DNA of 46,454 nt from Actinomycetota bacterium (lineage in GTDB: Bacteria; Actinomycetota; Actinomycetes; Actinomycetales; Kineosporiaceae): positions 1 to 46,454 of the forward strand of contig JACRAB010000448.1 in NCBI GenBank assembly GCA_016213575.1. Reading direction: 5' to 3'. This document shows, one piece after another, positions 16,987 through 23,578 of the stretch (position 1 is its first letter; each line of letters starts with the position of its first letter). The translations under genes and the position numbers were made by a program. The notes under the pieces were generated by a model. That model did no database searches, was not told where the DNA came from, and saw only the letters and a program-made list of their open reading frames with translations.

Positions 16987-17460
16987 GTGGCCGGTGACGG
17001 AAGCTGGATCAGCACAGCCGCGGACGTGTTCTCTTCGGTCGGGACGGTCGGCGCGTTCGCCGTCGGGATGGTCCTGCTTCGTAAGGAGCACCGGCGTGAG
17101 GAGCATTCGGACGACGAGCGCCGCCGTGGGCAGGCTGTCATGGTCAGTGCGTGGCTCGAGCCGCATCGTGACGGCAACGGCGTGCAGCAGCTCGCGTTCC
17201 ATGTGCACAACGCCAGCGGCATGCCGATCTATGAGGTGTCGCTGTCGAACCAGGCCCCTGGGGCCGCGGACGACTCCGAGGCCGAGTTCATCGGGCTCGT
17301 GCCGCCGGGGCAGACCGTGCGACGGCCAGCACCGCGGGAGTGGGCGAGGTCGTACTTCTCCCCGGAGCCCGTTGAGGTCGAGTTCTTGGACAGCGGCGGG
17401 GTGTTGTGGCGGCGGGACGAGCAGGGTCTGCTCACCGAGGTGCAACGGTCCGGGGCTTGA
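16987..17460 (+). CDS. Membrane-anchored hypothetical protein
   Basis: 8 nt after the NUDIX stop; N-terminal TM (VFSSVGTVGAFAVGMVLL), charged helix, beta-rich soluble domain (VEFLDSGGVLWRR). Confidence 0.7.
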   Translation: MAGDGSWISTAADVFSSVGTVGAFAVGMVLLRKEHRREEHSDDERRRGQAVMVSAWLEPHRDGNGVQQLAFHVHNASGMPIYEVSLSNQAPGAADDSEAEFIGLVPPGQTVRRPAPREWARSYFSPEPVEVEFLDSGGVLWRRDEQGLLTEVQRSGA

Positions 17461-17503
17461 GCGGGACGCCACGGTGCGATGTCGGCATCGGTCGCGATGG
17501 CCG

Positions 17504-18076
17504 TCAGCTGCCCGGTGCGACAGATCCGTTTCGTGACAGTGCACCCGTCACTTCTGCGTGAACACGGCGTAAGTTGCCTTCTCCCCGGCGGATCGCGCGA
17601 TGCACCGCGTCCGCCGGTGCGTACCGGTCGTAGATGTCCGCCAACCGGACGTCGATGCTGATGGTGTCGCCGTCAGGGCTGGTCGTCAGGTCGCAGTAGG
17701 TCAGCAGAGGAAGCACGCGTCGAACGCGATCCCTGTGTGCGGGGAACGGTTCGAGCAGCGCGGTGATCCCTCGTTCGTCCGCTTCGACCTCGGAGTTGGT
17801 GTGGCGGGCGACGAGTGCGACCAGGTCGCCGTCCAGGCCGAGCGTCTGCAGGTGGGCTGCGCCATCGGTCGGGTGGAACCCGGTCGCGGCGATTGCCGGC
17901 GCATATCCGACGTCATGCAGCCATGCCGCGGCCTCGAGCAGCTGCGCATCTGCCCCTGCGAGCGCGGCAAGCGACTGGGCAGCGCGGGCGACGCCTCGGG
18001 AATGCTGCCAGCGGCGAGGCAGGTCGAGGGCCAGGAGTCGCTCGGCGATCCGCGCGGCCTCATCCGGTGATGTCAC
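17504..18076 (-). CDS. HD-domain metal-dependent phosphohydrolase
   Basis: RWQHSRGVA, AAWLHDVGY, GFHPTDGA, VARH, LTYCDLTT (H...HD...D motif); -10 TAGCGT 7 nt upstream of the GTG. Confidence 0.92.
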   Translation of the reverse strand: MTSPDEAARIAERLLALDLPRRWQHSRGVARAAQSLAALAGADAQLLEAAAWLHDVGYAPAIAATGFHPTDGAAHLQTLGLDGDLVALVARHTNSEVEADERGITALLEPFPAHRDRVRRVLPLLTYCDLTTSPDGDTISIDVRLADIYDRYAPADAVHRAIRRGEGNLRRVHAEVTGALSRNGSVAPGS

Positions 18077-18172
18077 GTTCTTGACGCTACGACGCCGCCC
18101 ACAAGATGGGGCATTCGCGCCAGGGACGTCTTGGGACGTCTTGTGCTAGCGTCGTGCCACGGGGAGGTCGTG
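18077..18172. promoter_or_regulatory. Divergent promoter (HD gene / XRE paralog 2) with tandem GGGACGTCTT operator
   Basis: GGGACGTCTT x2 at 18123-18142; TAGCGT hexamers at 18147-18152 (+) and 18084-18089 (-); GGGGAGG RBS at 18161-18167. Confidence 0.7.
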
Positions 18173-18961
18173 ATGGGTGAGTCGAGGGCAGGGAACTCCG
18201 CACTGCGCAGGGCGATCGTCGATGCGCGGTTGTCTGCGGGTGATGTCGCGGAGCGGCTGGGAGTCGATCCCAAGACCGTCCAGCGTTGGCTCGCCGGACG
18301 GGTGCCGCAGTCGTCGCATCGACGTGATCTGGCGCGGCTGGTGGGACGGCACGAGTACGACCTCTGGCCGGCGGAGGCGGGGGGCTGTCCGATCTCGCCT
18401 GAGCTGTGGTCCACCTATCCGAATCGGGGCGCGGTGCCTCGTGCGGTATGGGTCGAGCTGTTCGGTTCGGCGGCGCGGGAGATCGACGTGCTGGCCTACA
18501 GCGCGCTCTTCCTGTTCGACGATCGTGAGCTGCTCCGGCTGATCCGCGAGCGGGCGGAGAGCGGTGTGCGCGTGCGGCTGGCGCTCGGCGATCCGGCTGC
18601 GCAGGCTGTCGTGCAACGGGGGATCGACGAGCGCATCGGAAGCGCGATGCCTGCGAAGGTCCGGAACGCGCTCGTGCTGTCCGAAGGGCTTCGTGGCGCG
18701 AGCAATGTCGAGGTCCGGCTGCATGACACTGTCCTGTACGCGAGCGTCTATCGCGGTGACGACGCGATGCTGGTGAACCCACACGTGTACGGCGTTCCCG
18801 CGGCCTCCTCGCCGGTCCTGCGCTTGGCCGGTGACGGGGACCTCTCCGCGGTCTACCGAGACTCCTTCGAGCGGGTGTGGGACCGTGCCGGCTTGATCGG
18901 CGCGGCCGAGGCGTGCCGCACGGATGGGACGCCCTCGATCCTCGAGCCGTCGACGACGTAG
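18173..18961 (+). CDS. XRE-family HTH regulator with DUF5919/PLD-like domain (paralog 2)
   Basis: VAERLGVDPKTVQRWLAGRVP..HR..LWP; EIDVLAYS; GVRVRLALGDP; RLHDTVLYASVYRGDDAMLVNPHVYG; SFERVW; colinear with 15735-16475. Confidence 0.88.
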   Translation: MGESRAGNSALRRAIVDARLSAGDVAERLGVDPKTVQRWLAGRVPQSSHRRDLARLVGRHEYDLWPAEAGGCPISPELWSTYPNRGAVPRAVWVELFGSAAREIDVLAYSALFLFDDRELLRLIRERAESGVRVRLALGDPAAQAVVQRGIDERIGSAMPAKVRNALVLSEGLRGASNVEVRLHDTVLYASVYRGDDAMLVNPHVYGVPAASSPVLRLAGDGDLSAVYRDSFERVWDRAGLIGAAEACRTDGTPSILEPSTT

Positions 18962-19121
18962 CCGCGGATGGCTGTGACTGCTCGGCACTGCATGCGGCGC
19001 CGGGAGAGGCGGGCTCTGCGGCCTGCGCCCCTCCCGGGCCTGGAGGGAACCCTCGGGTTCGCCCCGGGACGGTGGAACTGCGTGCCCGGGACGTCGTCCG
19101 GCGGCTATTCGTCCCGATCGG

Positions 19122-19574
19122 TCAGGGGGTCAGGGGGTCGGCGAGGCCCTCGAGCTGCCGGGCCCGGGATGTCATGTCGATGAGGGTGCTCAGGGTCTCG
19201 GGTGAGAGGCCGGCGGCTCGTGTGGCGAGCTCGCGGACCTTCGGGTCGCGCAGTGCCGTCAGTAGAGCCAGTTCGGCGTCGACTGCAGCCGCAGCCTCGT
19301 CGTCGAAGAAGTACGCCGGCGGGACGCCGAAAAACCCGGAGAGTGCCTCGAGGTGCTTCTTCGTCGGGTTGTCGCGCATGCCCTTGCGGAGCTGCCATAG
19401 GTAGGTGGCCGAGATGGTCGGGCCGCCAGCGTCCTCGATGGCCTTTGCGACCTGCTCGTGCGTGTACTCGCCCTTGGCGGGGCGGACCGCTGTGAAGAGA
19501 TGGTCGATCTTCTCCGCCAGGGTCCTTGCGGCCGGTGTCGGCGCGGGCACGTCTGGCTTAGGTGCCTTGGCCAT
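19122..19574 (-). CDS. EspR-like XRE-family DNA-binding protein (probable ICE repressor)
   Basis: GAGGAGG RBS; TLAEKIDHLF..ISATYLWQLRKGMRDNPT..LEALSGFFGVPPAYF..LLTALRD..RAAGLS. Confidence 0.85.
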   Translation of the reverse strand: MAKAPKPDVPAPTPAARTLAEKIDHLFTAVRPAKGEYTHEQVAKAIEDAGGPTISATYLWQLRKGMRDNPTKKHLEALSGFFGVPPAYFFDDEAAAAVDAELALLTALRDPKVRELATRAAGLSPETLSTLIDMTSRARQLEGLADPLTP

Positions 19575-19693
19575 TGCCGCCTCCTCGTCCAGACGCGCGT
19601 CGCGTCGTCCGATCCTGTGTCACCGCCTGCCGGTCGTGGGCTGCGACCGGCGCGGGGACCTGCGGCGTCGCGGCACGTCGTCCACAGAGGCTG

Positions 19694-19721
19694 TTGACAG
19701 CCAGCCATCTCTGCGTACTGT
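19694..19721 (+). promoter_or_regulatory. Sigma70-type promoter for the hydrolase-xis-int operon
   Basis: TTGACA 19694-19699, 16-nt spacer, TACTGT 19716-19721, in an AT-richer intergenic stretch. Confidence 0.6.
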
Positions 19722-19921
19722 TGTGCGCAAGTCAATAACTGAGATGAATGGCGGTGAGTTCTTGTGTCAGCCACTGCAGATGCGTGCGCGCTACCGTCGT
19801 CCTCCCGCCCGTTCTTCCTGCGTCCGGTCGTCAGCCGTTGCCGTCAGCTGACGACAGCCATCCAACCAGCAGCCGGTGCGCGAAGCGACGACATCCGGCG
19901 CTCAGGCTCTGGGGGAGCGTC

Positions 19922-21037
19922 GTGAGGGCCGCCGTGCTCGCGGCGATCGCCGTGCCCCTGGCGCTCGTACTGTTCCTTGGAGCCGGGTTCACGGCGCAGG
20001 ACGACGCGCTCGCCACGGCCGGGGTCAACGTCGATGTCGGCGCTGCCGCCGTACCGCCGCTGGCCCGTGAGTTGCTGCCCTACCTCGAGCGGACCCTCAC
20101 CAGCTCCTGCCCGGATCTACCCGCGCTCTGGGTGGTCGCCGAGGTACAGGCCGAGTCGTCCTGGAACCCTCGCGCGTACTCGCCCGCCGGCGCCGCCGGA
20201 CTGCTGCAGATGATGCCCGGCACCTGGGTCGAGGCCGGGGGAGCGGGCGGCTCATGGACGACGTCCGCCGGGCCAACGAGCGATCACCCGGTGTGGGATC
20301 CGAGAACGCACCTGCGGGTGGCCGTCGCCTGGATGTGTGCCAACCTGCGGCTTGTCTCGGCGCACCTGCGCGCCACGGGCAAGCCCACCGAGGTTCTCGA
20401 CGCCCTCGCTGTCTGCCACATCGCCGGCTGCTCGCGGGTTACCGGATCCGCGACCGGGATCCCGCGCCCCGGCGAGGCCGGCTGCGGCACGAGCTGCGTC
20501 AAGCAGATCACCGACTACCTCGCCGCCATCCACCGCTGGACCCGGGCGTACACCTCACCTGTCACGGGGCTTGCCGGCGGCGCGGCCGGCGCGGGCGCGG
20601 TCCCGGTCGCCTACCCGGGCGACGAGACGGGCTGCACGATCCCGGACCCGACCGGCACTGGAGGCTGCGTCACCGGCGCGACCGCCTGGCTCCTCCAGCA
20701 GGTCGCCGAACACGTCCACCAGGGGCCGGTGTCCTGCTGGAACGCGCACGCATGGAACCCGACGAGCGACCACCCCAAGGGCAAAGCCTGCGACTACACG
20801 ATCGGCCGCGCCGGGAACTTCCCCGGCGCCGCCGACGTCCGCCGCGGCTGGGCGCTCGCGCAGTGGCTACGCACCTACGCCCGCCCGCTGCACGTCAACT
20901 ACGTCATCTGGCAAGGCCGCATCTGGTCCCTCGCCCGCGACAGCGAGGGCTGGCGCCCCTACTCCGGCGGCGGCGTCTACGACCCCACCGATCCCGTCGG
21001 CGGCCACTACGACCACGTCCATGTCTCGACCCACTAG
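19922..21037 (+). CDS. Exported cell-wall hydrolase: SLT transglycosylase + C-terminal M15-like (ARB-07466-like) zinc peptidase domain
   Basis: GGGGGAG RBS; N-terminal signal/TM; QAESSWNPRAYSPAGAAGLLQMMPGTW; SDHPKGKACD..YVIWQGRIW..HYDHVHVS. Confidence 0.85.
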   Translation: MRAAVLAAIAVPLALVLFLGAGFTAQDDALATAGVNVDVGAAAVPPLARELLPYLERTLTSSCPDLPALWVVAEVQAESSWNPRAYSPAGAAGLLQMMPGTWVEAGGAGGSWTTSAGPTSDHPVWDPRTHLRVAVAWMCANLRLVSAHLRATGKPTEVLDALAVCHIAGCSRVTGSATGIPRPGEAGCGTSCVKQITDYLAAIHRWTRAYTSPVTGLAGGAAGAGAVPVAYPGDETGCTIPDPTGTGGCVTGATAWLLQQVAEHVHQGPVSCWNAHAWNPTSDHPKGKACDYTIGRAGNFPGAADVRRGWALAQWLRTYARPLHVNYVIWQGRIWSLARDSEGWRPYSGGGVYDPTDPVGGHYDHVHVSTH

Positions 21038-21088
21038 GCCCGCCCGCGAATTCATCATCTGATGCAAGAAGCTGCCATGGAGGCACCC

Positions 21089-21556
21089 GTGACGACGACC
21101 ATCGACCCCACTATCCTGACGACCGACGAGCTCATCCCCATGCTCCGGGCCTGGGCCCACGGCTACTACCCGGCCGAGGCCGCCGTCGAGCTGATCATCC
21201 GGCACCAGACCTGGCTGCACCGCACCGACTTCCTCCTCGACCTGGTCGACGCCGTCGCCGACGGCTGGGGCCCGGAGGGTGTCACCATGCCGATTGCGTC
21301 GATCGACTGGGACCGTGTCGAGCACTTCCTCGCCGCCGCGCCCGCCAGCACCTCCGAGAAGGCCATCCTGCGGTTCGCCGCCTCCCTCGCCGGTGCCCTC
21401 GTCGAGCCCTGCCTGCGTGAGTTCACCGGCGGCCTCGACGACCGGAACGGGTCCCTCGTGCTCGACGCCCTCGCCCACCGCTTCGGCTGGCACGAGCGCG
21501 GACGCGCCCACCTCGTCACCGGCGCCTTCGTCTCCACGGCGGTCGGTCATGGCTGA
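21089..21556 (+). CDS. ICE hypothetical protein
   Basis: GGAGG RBS before GTG 21089; strong codon bias; LRAWAHG..EAAVELII..WLHR.DF..IDW..SEKAILRFAASLA. Confidence 0.75.
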   Translation: MTTTIDPTILTTDELIPMLRAWAHGYYPAEAAVELIIRHQTWLHRTDFLLDLVDAVADGWGPEGVTMPIASIDWDRVEHFLAAAPASTSEKAILRFAASLAGALVEPCLREFTGGLDDRNGSLVLDALAHRFGWHERGRAHLVTGAFVSTAVGHG

Positions 21557-21701
21557 GCCAGCCGCGGTCCCGTTCGCGCCGACCGACGACGACCCGGCCC
21601 AGCGTCACCGCCGCGACCTGCTCGCCGCGCTCCTCGTCGAACGCTTCACGCCCTACCAGCCGCCGCCAGCGGCGGACCGCTCCAGGAAGGGAGCCGCATG
21701 A
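21549..21701 (+). CDS. Small hypothetical protein (50 aa)
   Basis: Overlaps both neighbours (ATGA with xis); high-GC3 codons. Confidence 0.55.
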   Translation: MAEPAAVPFAPTDDDPAQRHRRDLLAALLVERFTPYQPPPAADRSRKGAA

Positions 21702-21940
21702 ACCGCACCGAGCTCGACGCGCTGCCCGCCGTCGTCGACGTCTGCACCGCCGCCAAGGTGCTCGGCCTCAGCCGCACCGCCGCCTACGAGCTCATCCGGC
21801 TGGGGGAGTGGCCGACGCCCGTCTTCCGGCTCGGCAAGCTCATCCGCATCCCCACCGCGCCGATGCTCGCGCTCCTCGGCCTGGGCCCCGCCGCCACGGC
21901 TAGCGTCGCCAGCGAGCCGAACCGGAGGAACGCAGGGTGA
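21698..21940 (+). CDS. xis: Excisionase / recombination directionality factor (HTH_17-like)
   Basis: LPAVVDVCTAAKVLGLSRTAAYELIRLGEWPTPVFRLGKLIRIPT; GTGA overlap with int. Confidence 0.88.
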   Translation: MNRTELDALPAVVDVCTAAKVLGLSRTAAYELIRLGEWPTPVFRLGKLIRIPTAPMLALLGLGPAATASVASEPNRRNAG

Positions 21941-23478
21941 AAGGTCACACCTACAAGCGCTGCCCGTGCGGGGTTCTCAAGGACGCCAAGGGCAAGCGCA
22001 TCAACTGCCAGAAGCGCCACGGGACCTGGTACTTCGCGCACGAACTGCCGCCGCTTCCCGACGGGAAGCGGCGGCAGATCTTCAAGGGAGGCTTCGCGAC
22101 GGAGCGCGAGGCCCGCGAGGCGCTCGGCCAGGCGATCGCGCGCGCGTCCGGCGGCGGCTACGTCGAACCGACCAAGCTCACGGTGGGCGACTACCTCCAG
22201 CGATGGCTCGACGGCAAGGGCAAGCTCCGGGCGAGCACCCGCCGCTCCTATGCGGCCCACGTCGACCTCTACCTGTCGCCGGGGCTCGGCTACCTGCGGC
22301 TCGCAGACCTCCGCGACGTCCACGTCGAGCGGCTCTATGCCGTCCTGCCGCTCGTCGGGCGCACGAGCACCGACGACGAGATGCCGGAGGAGCTGCGCCG
22401 GATCCTCAGCGTCCGCAAGGCCGGTCAGCACATCCGTCCGGTCGGGGACGCGACGATCCACCGCATCCACGCCACCCTCATGTCCGCGCTCAACAACGCG
22501 GTCAAGCGCAAGCTGATCCCGGCCAACCCGGCGAGCTTCGTCGAGGTGCCGACCGGCCGGCGTCCCAAGGCGGTCGTCTGGACGCCCGCGCGCATCGAGG
22601 CATGGAAGCGCACCGGCGTCCGTCCGGCCGTTGCGGTGTGGACCGCCGAGGACGCCGGCGCCTTCCTCGACTCGATCAGCGAGCACCGCCTCTACCCGCT
22701 GTTCCACCTCGTCGCCTACCGCGGTCTTCGCCGCGGCGAGGCGGTCGGCGTCCGCTGGGAGGACCTCGACCTCGAGGCCGGCTCCCTCACCGTCACCCAG
22801 CAGGTCGTCCAGCTCGGCTGGGCCACCGAGATCGGCGAGCCCAAGACCGACAGCGGAGCCCGCACCATCGCGCTCGACCCGGTGACCGTCACCGTCCTGC
22901 GGCGCTGGCTCAAGCGGCAAAGGGTCGAGGCGGCCGCTCCTGGATGGACCGACTCCGGCCACGTCTTCACACGCGCGGACGGGACGGCGCTCCACCCCGC
23001 CCTCGTCACGAGCACGTTCCAGGAACTCTACACCGCCGCCGGCCTACCGCCGATCCGGCTCCACGACCTCCGCCACACCGCCGCGAGCCTGGCGCTCCAG
23101 GCGGGAGTGCCGCTCAAGGTCGTCTCCGAGCTCCTCGGGCACAGCTCCCTGGCGATCACCGCGGACACGTACACGAGCGTCCTGCCGGTCGTCGCGCATG
23201 CCGCGGCGCAGGCCGTCGCGGACACCATCCCCCGGACGAAACGGCACGAGGAAGGAGACGACGACATGGCACCGACCGCGGTGACAGAAGACGGGGCTCC
23301 GGCGGCACCCGATGCGGCGCCGTTGGCAGTTCGTTGGCACGAAGACGTAAACCGGACATCCGAAGTCGACAAATGCGTTGCGGATGACGCAAAAGCACAG
23401 GTCAACGATGGTGGGCCCCGAGGGGATCGAACCCTCAACCCGCGGATTAAAAGTCCGCTGCTCTGCCGATTGAGCTAG
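21937..23478 (+). CDS. int: Tyrosine recombinase / integrase
   Basis: Arm domain (KGGFATEREA), YRGLRRGE, PKT, HDLRH, LGHS, catalytic Tyr in ADTYT; stop lies within the antisense of the tRNA. Confidence 0.96.
   Translation: MKGHTYKRCPCGVLKDAKGKRINCQKRHGTWYFAHELPPLPDGKRRQIFKGGFATEREAREALGQAIARASGGGYVEPTKLTVGDYLQRWLDGKGKLRASTRRSYAAHVDLYLSPGLGYLRLADLRDVHVERLYAVLPLVGRTSTDDEMPEELRRILSVRKAGQHIRPVGDATIHRIHATLMSALNNAVKRKLIPANPASFVEVPTGRRPKAVVWTPARIEAWKRTGVRPAVAVWTAEDAGAFLDSISEHRLYPLFHLVAYRGLRRGEAVGVRWEDLDLEAGSLTVTQQVVQLGWATEIGEPKTDSGARTIALDPVTVTVLRRWLKRQRVEAAAPGWTDSGHVFTRADGTALHPALVTSTFQELYTAAGLPPIRLHDLRHTAASLALQAGVPLKVVSELLGHSSLAITADTYTSVLPVVAHAAAQAVADTIPRTKRHEEGDDDMAPTAVTEDGAPAAPDAAPLAVRWHEDVNRTSEVDKCVADDAKAQVNDGGPRGDRTLNPRIKSPLLCRLS
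23321..23339. repeat. Direct repeat CGTTGGCA x2 (candidate integrase arm-type sites)
   Basis: 23321-23328 and 23332-23339, 11-bp period, about 70 bp from the tRNA 3' end. Confidence 0.55.
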
Positions 23479-23484
23479 AGGCCC
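23409..23484 (-). tRNA. tRNA-Lys(UUU), also the ICE attachment site
   Basis: GGGCCTCTAGCTCAATCGGCAGAGCAGCGGACTTTTAATCCGCGGGTTGAGGGTTCGATCCCCTCGGGGCCCACCA; 76 nt cloverleaf, TTT anticodon, encoded CCA; candidate -10 TACTGT at 23518-23523. Confidence 0.98.
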
Positions 23485-23578
23485 GGAGCGTCCCCGCGTA
23501 CCGCGGGAGCCCCGCTCACAGTATCCCGGGCGCCGGTCGCGCGGCCCGGCCGATGCGGGCAAACGACGGCAGGCGACG

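Larger units (their letters stand above)
1..23484. mobile_element. Integrative conjugative element (actinobacterial T4SS-like ICE), right end only, integrated at tRNA-Lys 3' end
   Basis: Tyrosine integrase and excisionase abut the 3' end of a tRNA; VirB4-, VirD4- and VirB6-like operon, primase and transglycosylase present; by eye more A/T-ending codons than DNA right of the tRNA. No second att copy seen, so the left end is outside the window. Confidence 0.93.

Noticed and set aside
19922-23478. Prophage interpretation (int, xis, repressor, lysin-like gene)
   Set aside because: No terminase, capsid, portal or tail genes; linked T4SS genes indicate an ICE.
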